Assembly: GCF_001194135.2 (NCBI RefSeq)
Contig: NC_068994.1
Coordinates: forward strand, 44,358,710-44,422,709
Origin: Octopus bimaculoides
Lineage: Eukaryota
Length of the DNA stretch: 64,000 nucleotides
Direction: 5' to 3'
Part shown: one piece after another, positions 52,583 through 64,000 of the stretch
Numbering within the stretch: position 1 is the first letter of the stretch
Layout: every line of letters starts with the position of its first letter
Program-made: the position numbers and the translations under genes
Notes under the pieces: generated by a model
What the model was told of the DNA's origin: nothing
Database searches by the model: none
The model's input: the letters and a program-made list of their open reading frames with translations, nothing else

Positions 52583-54174
52583 CATGTATTCATAACTGGC
52601 AAATGACTCTTCCACGATACAACAAAACCTGGTTCAATACATGAGTTCTTATCAAGTATCTTTCAAACCAAATACAAAAATGCAATATTGATTGCCTTGT
52701 TTTATTTACCATACTTTATAATAATCATTGCCGTCATTTTATGCCCACTTTCTGTGCTGGCATTGGACGAACAATTTGACAGGATACAGCTAGCTGGAGG
52801 ACTGTACCTTACTCCAACGTATCTATATTGGCACGATTGTTATGGTTGGATACCATTCCTGATGATAATCATTTCATAGAGTGTACTGGGTGTATTTTTC
52901 AAAGCACCAGCCCTATGTGAGGTGGCCTTGAAACTTGCAAGATGAAAGAGTCTAGAACATACCATGTGACTGAAGGAATAATAGGACAGAGACAGAGATA
53001 GAGGCAGTAATGATTCAAGGTGAGATGACAAGAGAGGAACAGATAGTTGCAATAAGGTGGCAAACACTCATGTATACAAAAATATTTTAAGATACTAATG
53101 TTATGAGAACATAACCAAAACAACACTAGTTGTCAAGTAGTGGCAAAGGACAAACACAAACACACACATACACACACACATGTCCATAACCCTCTCAAGC
53201 TGAGTGTCCCCTAATCCTGCAGGCTTATAGGTGCTGATGTCATACGAAAAGCATCTATGCTGGTGCAGCATAAAAAACATCCAGTACACTCTGTAAAGTG
53301 GTTGGCATTAGGAAAGGCATCCAACCATAGAAACCATGCCAAAACAGACATGGAGCCTGAACAGCCCTTCAGCTGGTCAGCTCCTGTCAAACCGTCCAAC
53401 CCATGCCAGCACAGAAAACAGATGTTAAATGATGATGATGTGTATGTGTATATGTATTCTTTTATTCTTTTACTTGTTTCAGTCATTTGTCTGTGGCCAT
53501 ACTGGAGCGCCGCCTTTAGTCAAACAAATCAACCCTAGGACTTATTCTTTCTAGGCCTTAGTACTTGTTCTATCAGTTTCTTTTGCTGAACCGCTAAGTT
53601 ACAGGGACATAAACACACCAACATTGGTTGTCAAGCAATGGTGGGGAAACAAACACAGACACAGACATTATATGTATATATCTACACTCTGAGTGGTTGG
53701 CGTTAGGAAGGGCATCCAGCTGTAGAAACTCTGCCAAATCAGACTGGAGCCTGGTGTTGCCATCCGGTTTCACCAGTCCTCAGTCAAATCGTCCAACCCA
53801 TGCTANNNNNNNNNNATATATATATATATAATTGTTAAAGAGGACAACAAACATTAAGGCAAGACAAACATCTTAAGTCATATACAATATTATTACTACA
53901 CAACCTTCTTACTACACAACCATACCAGCAATGTACTTTAAAAACATCTGTGATGCACCAAGATACTCCTTCAGTTGCATTAGTGCACTGCAATGCACCA
54001 TTTCAGAGCCAGATGTGGAGACATATTTATTTCAATTGATCTATATATCTATTGGGATTTGTGTGTGGAGATATATACATGTAGTAATGTGTGTATGTGC
54101 ATATGCATAGAAAAAGAGAGAGAGAGAGAGAGACCTGGGTGTAGAAGTACATGTATTTAGAGAAGTGGAGGAGG

Positions 54175-54214
<40 letters not shown>

Positions 54215-54527
54215 TGTATGTGTGTGTGTGTGCTTGTGTGTGTGTGTGTGTGTGTTTGTGTGTGTGTGTGCGTGCACGCGCGCGTGTGTGTGTGTAGATA
54301 TATGGGTATAGAGATGTAAGTATGCAGAAATGTATGTAGACATGTGAAAAAACACGTGGAGACATATGCATGTAGTAATAGATAAGTGTATACACACCAG
54401 TTTCTACATACCTACCTATATATAATTAATAATATCAGGGTAATAAAAAATTTTAGAAATTTCTACTACCAGTGGCCAAGCGTGTAAAAAAATTTAGTCA
54501 GTAGACTATATATTATTCACATAAAGG

Positions 54528-54777
54528 CAGTGTACATTTAAACACATAAGTATCCATCATAGGATTCCTTGCACGCTAGAAGGGACAGCTAAAATCCAAA
54601 CCACTATTAGGGATAAACTTCGAATGGAATGAAAGATAAAAGGAAATAGATGGTAAATGTTTTTATTTTTCATTCCATTCAAAGTTTATCCCTATTAGTG
54701 GTTTGGATTTTAGCTGTTCCTTCTAGCGTGCAAGGAATCCTATGACAGATACCTCTTATGGGTTTAAATGTACACTG
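54528..54777. mobile_element. Young MITE-like hairpin, ~113-bp near-identical inverted arms with ~20-nt loop
   Basis: CAGTGTACATTTAAAC...TCATAGGATTCCTTGCACGCTAGAAGG...GGATAAACTTCGAATGGAATGAAA versus TTTCATTCCATTCAAAGTTTATCC...CCTTCTAGCGTGCAAGGAATCCTATGA...GTTTAAATGTACACTG. Confidence 0.85.
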
Positions 54778-55360
54778 TATTTATACCTACCTATATTCAT
54801 ATAATACATATATACTTGCATACATACATGCATACATACATACACACATTACATACATATATATTTAGTAACTGCAGTTACATCATCCATACCATGCTGT
54901 CAAACTGGTGAACTGGTATGTCCAGGTATTCAAGAAACAGTGATTATCAGCAATCTTATATAACAAGATAAGAGTACCAGGCTCGTATTCTTACATTCTA
55001 AATGTGTTTTATGACAGTTGACAGATATTATCCAACTGGGAACTGATAATTATCAGCAGAATGAGAAATTCAGAAGGGCTAGATGTGATAACCTTTCTTA
55101 GCTACTGCTCCCAACTCCAACAAAAATGCAAGACTGAACAGATATTATCTATAAACTATGCCTGTGTAATACAGTTATGTGATTGCGAGCAGTTAGATAT
55201 GAAGCATATTTCATTTAAAAGTTTCAAGATGTCATAGTCTATAAAATATAATTTTAATACAAATTCTAGCACATGTATTCATACACACACACACACACAA
55301 ACACAAACACACAGAGATATCTTAAGACATTTATTTATGCACACACACACAAACATGTGC

Positions 55361-55417
<57 letters not shown>

Positions 55418-55478
55418 TGTGTATGTATATATATGTGTGTATATGTGTGTGTATACATACACATATATATATATTTTA

Positions 55479-55526
<48 letters not shown>

Positions 55527-55578
55527 TATATAAAAATGAATTGAGTCAAGAAGAAGGAGTACATTTAGACAGCTATTT

Positions 55579-55698
55579 AATAAATACTACACGTGTTTCG
55601 ATACAACATAGATCCACATATATAGAGGATTTAAATTTAAATTAAGCAACAGTTTACCTGTATAATGGGACCCAGTTGTATCTCCTCACGTGATATAT
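55579..55698 (-). ncRNA. Degenerate type I hammerhead motif with long stem II insert (C3-to-G)
   Basis: Minus strand: ATATATCAC-GTGAGGA-GATACAAC...GTTGTATC-GAAAC-ACGT-GTA-GTATTTAT. Perfect 8-bp stem II; same ACACGTGT+A stem III as the 1924 copy; stem I imperfect. Confidence 0.5.
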
Positions 55699-56116
55699 AA
55701 TCGCTGTCCTCATAAGTAAATATTTGACTTTGATGTTATCACATCCATCTGACTCTTTTACATATAAATATATAGTTGTAGCCAGTGCTGCCTGACTGGC
55801 TCCCCATGCCAGTGGGATGTAAAAAGTACCATCTGAACGTGGTCAATGCTAGTGCCTCCTGACTGGCTCCCCTACCAATGGTACATAAAAAGCACCCACT
55901 ACATTCTCAGCATGGTGGGTGTTAGGAAGGGCATCCAGCTATAGAAACCTTGCCAGATCAAATTGGAGCCTGGTGCAACCTACTAGCTTGTCAATCCTCA
56001 GTCAAACCATCTGATCCATGACAGCATCGAAAGCAGACACTAAACGTTGATGATGATGATGATGACATTTTATATACACACATACGTACATACATACATA
56101 TAGGCATACATTCATG

Positions 56117-56148
<32 letters not shown>

Positions 56149-59100
56149 CATACATACATACATACATTCATACATATACAGTAACAATTATCTCCACGAA
56201 AAGAGTACTCAATAAAATATAGAATAACTAATGGTTATATTATATAAATACAGTATAAAATGGAAACTGTGCTACTTCAGGGATTTGCTTCCTGAATTGG
56301 GTAGAAATACCCCAAGCATACTATGGTTTCAGTAGGTGATTAGAAAGAACTCAAGATTTTAAATTCTAACCAACAAGTGAAAGATGGCTATTTGAATTTT
56401 GAATAATGAGCAATGCTTGATGAGCCTCTAAACTCAAAGTATCTCCTGGACATTGGTATGCATTTCATGGAGTGAAACATAAAAGTAGCACATGACCAAA
56501 TAAAGAGTAGAATAAAACTATTTGATAATCTTAATTTGAATGAAATTCTACAGTTAGATCATTATCCATTTGATCGCCTTCATTCACATGAAACTTCAAC
56601 TCATGGATGAATGGTCATCTTTAACTACTCAACATATATATTGATATGAGATTTTGTGCTGAAACTAAATGAAGTACATCATGGAAAATTCATTTAGTAA
56701 CACATAATGATATTCAGTTCACTTTAAATTTTAATTCATTTCAAGAAATTTTAGACTTTTTCTCACCCAATTGTAAGCAGGCCACTGATACAGCAACTGC
56801 ATGAAATTTTATTAATGGTCAGTTCTTATAGATGTAGGAATTTCTTTTCTGTTTTACCTTTTTAATCTAGTTCTCATATCTTTCTTGCTCTAAAAGCACC
56901 AGTGCCTATTCAGAAATCAGTGTTGAGTAAACAAATAAAAAAATTTTAAATGCTTCTTGATTTTGGATTGAATAAGCTGTATGTAGATATATAGAAACAT
57001 TGTCAATATCACATATTTAATGTATATGTGTTAGTAAACACTATAATACTGTTGTATTTTGTCCAAGGGGAAATCCCTTCCAAGACTTATTGTGTTTAAA
57101 AACACAGCATAGTTCAAAATTAGGTGCAACAAAATCAACCCTGAAGTGAAAGAGAGTGACAGATATCGCTATTTCACAGTCATTTCCATTATTCAGTGCC
57201 ACACACTTGTGCACTTCTGAAACAACTTATGCCTGTTAGACATATGTGTGCAAATAGTGTAAAATGTATTTGCTGGTGTATAAAAGCATTGCTCAAGGAA
57301 AATAAAATACAAATTTTGTGTTTGAAGCAACATAACAAGGTTAGCATCATCAATATCACATACTTAATGTATGTGTGTAAGTAAAAACTATGAAACTGTA
57401 GTATTTCATCCAGGGCAGACCCTGTTAAAGACGTATTATGTTGTGCAATGCTTTTACACACCATTAAATAAATTTTACACTATTTGTATACTGATATGAG
57501 TCATTTTAGAGATGGAAAAGTGTGTGACACTGAAAAATAACCACAACAAAAGTAGTGTGTGTGTGTGTGTGGGAACATTAGAGTTCAGAGGTGAGCATTA
57601 GATTTCTATGAACTTGAACCCAAAAACATGTGGCTGCAGAGTGAGATTCTTAACCACACAACCATGCCTGCATATAAATACTGAGGTTTAAAATAACCAA
57701 TGTATCAATTCCATTTTACACTAGAGATACTAATAAATGCTTGCAATGACTTGGAGACATTGACTGACTATGAAGATATAAAATGTCAGAGGTGAAAACT
57801 TTACATAGAGAATGTTCAGATTTTGATATTCTTTTAAAAGACAAAGAATCCCACAGAATAATACAAACACTAATCAACAATGGGTAAACAGAAACAAAAT
57901 TTAACATTGTAAATACATCATACACTAAACCTGTTAAAATTAAACAAACTACATATAAGCTGTATTACACGAATCTGATACGCTCTTGCTACAAGGAAAA
58001 GATTAACACATAATGACAATTTTCATTTCTCTCTGCTACATATTCTGTTTTAGCACAGCACATCCAAAAGAGACATGATCTCTGGATAAATACCACAATA
58101 ATTTGCTTTTCAGACAGAGAAACGATATATATATATATATATNNNNNNNNNNNNNNNNNNNNNNNNNNNNNNNNNNNNNNNNNNNNNNNNNNNNNNNNNN
58201 NNNNNNNNNNNNNNNNNNNNNNNNNNNNNNNNNNNNNNNNNNNNNNNNNNNNNNNNNNNNNNNNNNNNNNNNNNNNNNNNNNNNNNNNNNNNNNNNNNNN
58301 NNNNNNNNNNNNNNNNNNNNNNNNNNNNNNNNNNNNNNNNNNNNNNNNNNNNNNNNNNNNNNNNNNNNNNNNNNNNNNNNNNNNNNNNNNNNNNNNNNNN
58401 NNNNNNNNNNNNNNNNNNNNNNNNNNNNNNNNNNNNNNNNNNNNNNNNNNNNNNNNNNNNNNNNNNNNNNNNNNNNNNNNNNNNNNNNNNNNNNNNNNNN
58501 NNNNNNNNNNNNNNNNNNNNNNNNNNNNNNNNNNNNNNNNNNNNNNNNNNNNNNNNNNNNNNNNNNNNNNNNNNNNNNNNNNNNNNNNNNNNNNNNNNNN
58601 NNNNNNNNNNNNNNNNNNNNNNNNNNNNNNNNNNNNNNNNNNNNNNNNNNNNNNNNNNNNNNNNNNNNNNNNNNNNNNNNNNNNNNNNNNNNNNNNNNNN
58701 NNNNNNNNNNNNNNNNNNNNNNNNNNNNNNNNNNNNNNNNNNNNNNNNNNNNNNNNNNNNNNNNNNNNNNNNNNNNNNNNNNNNNNNNNNNNNNNNNNNN
58801 NNNNNNNNNNNNNNNNNNNNNNNNNNNNNNNNNNNNNNNNNNNNNNNNNNNNNNNNNNNNNNNNNNNNNNNNNNNNNNNNNNNNNNNNNNNNNNNNNNNN
58901 NNNNNNNNNNNNNNNNNNNNNNNNNNNNNNNNNNNNNNNNNNNNNNNNNNNNNNNNNNNNNNNNNNNNNNNNNNNNNNNNNNNNNNNNNNNNNNNNNNNN
59001 NNNNNNNNNNNNNNNNNNNNNNNNNNNNNNNNNNNNNNNNNNNNNNNNNNNNNNNNNNNNNNNGAAAAGAATGGTAATGATAAATGAAAAAGTGGAATGA

Positions 59101-59507
59101 CGTCTACTCGAACCCCAAACTCCAGTTAACGTCATTGAACGTTTTTAGAAAAAAAATTTAACACATGTTATTTTATTTTTTGTGTCTTTCTCTTTGCTGT
59201 GTGTTGCACATGCGTGAAGTGCTGTCTGGTCAGTGTCTATACGAAATTTTATTTTCATTTCCATTAAAACAACACATTTACTGTTTTATTACGAGTTAAT
59301 AATTATCGCAGCAGTTGCAAGGTTGCAAGGGAAAATATAAAATTCTTTGTCTCTCTGTAATAATTATTGTGGTATTTACCGTTAAATTAGCAGTTCCATA
59401 CATGTGCTATTTCGTTCATTTGCTTATATTTCGTTAATTCACACTGCATACAAAAATACGGACATACTATATACATACAACTGCTTACAAAAATAGAGAT
59501 TAATGTA

Positions 59508-59738
59508 TTGGGTTGTCCGGAAAGTTCGTGCCGATTTATAGTAGCTTACCTTTCGACTTACTTGCCATGAAACCACCTCAATTCTGGGAAGAGGTTATTT
59601 TCAAGTTAAAGGAGAGATGGAAACGCATTGTGTAACAAAATGGTTCATATTTGGTTGATTAAAAATGTAATGGCAAGTATTTATTGATCTTTTTTTTTTT
59701 TCCTTTAAAAATCGGCACGGACTTTCCGGACAACCCAA
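59508..59738 (+). mobile_element. Non-autonomous mariner element with TA target-site duplication and transposase C-terminal remnant
   Basis: TIR TTGGGTTGTCCGGAAAGTTCGTGCCGATTT / AAATCGGCACGGACTTTCCGGACAACCCAA flanked by TA. Bases 59582-59662 translate FWEEVIFKLKERWKRIV*QNGSYLVD*, resembling mariner transposase C-termini. Confidence 0.9.
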
Positions 59739-59786
59739 TATATTTTTTCAATGTTCATAATTTTTTGATTACAATATTGAAAAAAT

Positions 59787-60285
59787 ATGCCACCAAAGAA
59801 AAGACGTGTTTTTCTCCAGAAACATGTATAAAGCGAGGACGATTGCTGAAAACGGAAGGCGTGTATCTCAACAGGGAAAGGAGATGAGACTTTCTCAGGT
59901 TCAGCAGATGCATGCTGCAGTACGTCAAATGGAGTCTCAAGAGAGAAAGGAGATGAGATCTTCCCAAGATCAGCTTAAGGCATGCTGCAATACTTAATAC
60001 TGAATCATTAGAACAACGTTTAGCACGCTATATTAAACAGATGTCCAATACAATATAGCTCTCAGAAATAGACCACAGGCAAATTCGTTCTTCACAATAC
60101 CAGGAGCTGCTTTCAGATATGATCCATTCCAGCTTTATAAAAACGATAATTCTGTACAAATTGGTGTGCTACACTCAAATTGTCGTTTCTGCAAAGCTTT
60201 CAAATTTCCAAATGAAACTAGTGGCATGTGCTGCTCAGGCGGTAAGGTAAGATTGCCAGCACTACCAGGTCCTCCTCAACCTCTT
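59787..60285 (+). pseudogene. Helitron Rep/helicase N-terminal fragment (frameshifted, truncated)
   Basis: Starts MPPKKRR and includes GAAFRYDP...QIGVLHSNCRFCKAFKFPNETSGMCCSGGKVRLPALPGPPQPL, the CxxC-A-KF-xxE-xxG-CC-xxGKV-LP signature of animal Helitron proteins. Confidence 0.8.
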
Positions 60286-60871
60286 TCGACAGTTAACTTC
60301 CCCGTCACCGTCTCCCATTACAGCCCATTTCCAGAATGTACCCATTTACGTACAATATCTCCATTACACCTCCATTCATTTGACTGTTAACCATACGATG
60401 AGTCGTGTTACACGCAGCGCTGACCGCCTCAAAGGCAAGTATATCCACTGACAGCTTTTCGGTGGGTTCAAAAATTACACCCCCCACCCCACCCCAGTTT
60501 TCCACTGGCACTGGCAACGATCTCGCTCGAACGTCTACCAGGAAGGCGACGTTGGTAACGATCACGCTGGTATCAATCAGAGTATCAGATGTTATATACT
60601 ACTGGCCACAATGTTCTTCCTCACATTGTTGTAGCTTTCAAATGATGCTACCCTGCTGGATAGGTGGGCAGGCTGGCATTTTCCCTGAACAGAACATCAG
60701 TCTATTGCAGGGTTACTCATTTTTAGCTGAGTAGACTGGAACCACATGTAATAAAGTGGGTTTTATTTTTTTTCATTAACACAACACATCACCAGTCTGG
60801 GAATTGAAATTTCAATCTGGCAATCATGAGTGTTACATGCCTTCACATAGAAATAGGCTTAGAGTAAGAAC

Positions 60872-61160
60872 AAAGCTGTGTGGTTAGAGCAGCACACTCG
60901 TGGTCGAAGGATCACAGGTTCAAATCTCAGACTGGGTGATGTCTGTGTTTATGAACGAAACAACTAAGCTCCATGCTGCTCTGGCAGAAGGCAATGGCGA
61001 ATCTCTGCTGACTCTTTTGCCACTCTCACTCTTTCCTCCTGCATCTAACAGCTCACCTGTGACAGACCGACGTCCCATCCAGGTGAGGAACCTAGACACC
61101 AATGAAACTAGGAAACCAGCTCTTATGAGCTAGGCATGGCTCGGGAAGGAACAAACAACA
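60872..61160 (+). mobile_element. tRNA-derived SINE of a further family
   Basis: GCTGTGTGGTTAGAGC (A-box-like), AGGTTCAAATC (B-box), central GACAGACCGACGTCCCATCCAGG, A/C-rich tail. Confidence 0.6.
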
Positions 61161-62634
61161 AGAACAAAACTGAAAGTGTAAAGAATATATCCTCCATTAG
61201 CAGTTAAATAAAATAATTGTTTGGTGGCAATAGCTGACCGACCCTGGTTTGTTAAGTGCAGAAAGTTATAACTGTAGAAGTGAATCCTGTAATAGGCTTG
61301 GAGAAGCCATAAAAAGACATGAAAATACAAGACAATCCTTATACAAGTTTATCTTTCAGTTTGCTACAGCAATATAGCACTGAGTTCTGATTGCCTGCAG
61401 CTATATTTTGTAGTCTTGTTACTGTTACAGCAATATGTTACCTGTGCATGTGTCATCATCACCATCATCATTATCATCATCATCATCATCATCATCATCG
61501 TCGTCGTTGTCATCGTCGTCGTCATACTTTTCTATGCTTTCCTAATTCAGAGAATCTGTTGAGGTAGATTTTTTGCTAGTCAGATGCCCTTTATGTTACC
61601 AACCTTCACCTGTTTCCAAGCAAGGAATTTTTTCCCTATAGCCAGAGATAATTTCCATGCAAGATTAGAAATGAACAACACTGCTTCTGCTCTGAAGATA
61701 CTTGTTTACAACTATTGTGTAATGTTGTTATGACAAGGAGACACAAGCACACACACACATATTGTATATATGCATACACAATGAGCTTCCTTTAGTTTTC
61801 CTTTACTAATTCCACTGACAAGGCTTTGGTTTGCCCTTGGTCTGCAGTAGATGTCATGAGCCCAAAATACCATGCAGTAGGCCTATGAGCCTAACCCAAA
61901 ACTACACAACCATGCCTGCACCTAAATATATATATGTAAGTATATATATGTATATATATATATGTATATACATGTGTATATGTGTGTGAGTGTTTACTTT
62001 GTTTTATATTATACTCATTTATTGTGCTTTTAATTATTAATTTTTCTATATGTGATAGTGGATTTTCATCGATGAGTTCTTGAAACTTGGTTATTTTCCC
62101 TAAAACTATATATTTTATATATATTTTTATCTATAAAGCTCAATTTAATTTTAATTTTTTATAAATTGATTTTAATTGAGTTTTTACCTGTAATTTTGGA
62201 TTTTATCCCTAATATTATTATAATTGTATATACATACATATATATACATATATACATATGTGTGTATATGTATATGTATGCATCTGTTTACACACATATA
62301 TGTCACCTGTGATGTTGACTTTTCCTAAGGAAATGTTTATCAGTTTTTTACTCCATCAACTGTGGTGATTTTGATAGTTTTTCTTTTGGACAAAGTTGAG
62401 TTAGCCAAGAATTAAAGGTCAAGCAAACATCCATAATAGAGAGGCGTACTCCATGATAGTACATATGTATACATGTATATATGTGTATGCGTGTGTATGT
62501 GCGTGTGAGTGTGTATGGATGCATGCACACATGTTCACATGTATGTATTTATGCACTAAAGGTTACAGGCATATACATATGTACATGTGCATGCATATAT
62601 TATATATGTATATGTATGTATGTATGTATTTTTT

Positions 62635-63045
62635 TATTCTTTTACTTGTTGCAGTCATTTTGCTGTAGCCATGCTGGGGCACCGCCTTTAGTTGAGCAAA
62701 TCAACTCCGGGACTTATTCTTTATAAGCCAATTACTTATTCTATCAGTCTCTTTTGCCGACCCACTAGGTTACAGGGACATAAACACACTAGCATCGGTT
62801 GTCAAGCAATGTTGGTGGGAGACAAACAGACACACAAATACACACACACACACACGCACACATATATATATATATATATATATGACAGGTTTCTTTCAGT
62901 TTCCATCTACCAAACCCACTCACAATACTTTGGTTGGCCCGAGGTTATAGTAGAAGACACTTGTCCATGGTGTTATGCAGTGGGACTGACCCTGGAACCA
63001 TGTGGCTGATAAGCAAACTACTTACCACTCTGTCACTTCTGTGCC
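62635..63045 (-). mobile_element. CORE-type SINE copy
   Basis: Reverse complement of the 7270-7712 family. Confidence 0.8.
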
Positions 63046-63550
63046 TATGTATATTTTAAAAATTAGAATATTAGTGCAATACAGACTAATATACTTTTAC
63101 CTCAAATTTGACTAATATGGGACTTATACATCGATATTTTGGAAACTGAAAGAAGCCCGTCGTATATGTGTGTGTGTCTGTGTGCCTGTGTGTGTGTTAC
63201 TATCTCCTTACCTTGATATCATGTGACTGTTGCAAAACAAGTGTCACAAGTGGTATCATTTTATTTGCAATCTTCCAAGAAAACATGTTTAATCACAGGG
63301 AAATATTACCTTACTTACAAAGCGCTGAAGGCTGGAACAGGAAGAATCATCCAGTCATGAAAAACAAAAAAAATTGCCCCAATAGGTTCCAACCAACGTG
63401 TGTCAGCATGGAAAAGTGGATATTAAACATTAAGAAGAGGAAGTTAATCTAAAAACAGGAATAGTTTGGGAGTAAATAAATGGTAAAGAAATTGCAAATA
63501 ATACAGTGATTAATTAAACAGTAAATAGAAATAGTGAAAATATGAAAAAA

Positions 63551-63910
63551 TCAGTCCCACTGCATGGCACCTTGGACAAGTGTCTTCTACTATAGCCTCG
63601 GGCCGACCAAAGCCTTGTGAGTGGATTTGGTAGACGGAAACTGAAAGAAGCCCGTCGTATATATGTGTGTGTATATATATATATATGTGTGTGTGTGTAC
63701 GTGTGTTTGTGTGTCTGTGTTTCTCCCCCCACCATCGCTTGACAACCAATGCTGGTGTGTTTACGTCCCCGTAACTTAGCGATTCAGCAAAAAGAGACCG
63801 ATAGAATAAGTACTAGGCTTCCAAAGAATAAGTCCTGGGGTCGATTTGCTCGGCTAAAAGCGGTACTCCAGCATGGCCGCAGTCAAATGACTGAAACAAG
63901 TAAAAGAGAG
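63551..63910 (+). mobile_element. 5'-truncated CORE-type SINE copy
   Basis: High similarity to 7270-7712 from the B-box onward. Confidence 0.85.
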
Positions 63911-64000
63911 AGTAGAGGTGTGCAAACATACATACATACATACATACACATACACACACACATATATACCAACCATTCAGATGGATGTATTTATCTATTA

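Noticed and set aside
2035-59135. Long ORFs full of X (e.g. 2035-2667, 25497-26734, 58103-59135)
   Set aside because: They span N gaps and flanking microsatellites; assembly artefacts, not genes.
6380-63749. ORFs of YIYI/VCVC/HTHT/LLLL/VVAA type
   Set aside because: Translations of di-, tri- and tetranucleotide repeats or SINE bodies (e.g. QIHSQGFG...EDTCP recurs because the SINE does).
1-64000. CRISPR arrays, operons or other prokaryotic systems
   Set aside because: The sequence is eukaryotic; tandem repeats lack a constant-repeat/unique-spacer structure and there are no cas-like ORFs.

Overview
AT-rich, microsatellite-saturated animal genomic DNA with about a dozen larger N gaps. The SINE families, repeat content and protocadherin type point to an octopus (inference). 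The only convincing protein-coding sequence is one large minus-strand protocadherin exon (acceptor at 47985-47986, ATG at 47928, GTAAGT donor at 45544-45549). It encodes a signal peptide, six cadherin repeats, a transmembrane helix and the start of the cytoplasmic tail; its 5' UTR exon(s) and 3' exon(s) could not be assigned with confidence. The rest is intronic/intergenic: several SINE families, decayed RTE- and CR1-type LINE pieces, a mariner MITE inserted upstream of a Helitron Rep/helicase fragment, a Helitron-like minisatellite element, several fold-back (long inverted-repeat) elements and simple repeats. The most striking unannotated signal is a set of at least eight dispersed type I hammerhead-ribozyme motifs on both strands, all folded by eye and none tested. 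One has a fully intact core 1.85 kb into the protocadherin intron (antisense), and two sit inside a head-to-head palindrome of a tRNA-headed SINE-like element. Nearly all other ORFs in the supplied track are artefacts of dinucleotide repeats, SINEs or N runs.
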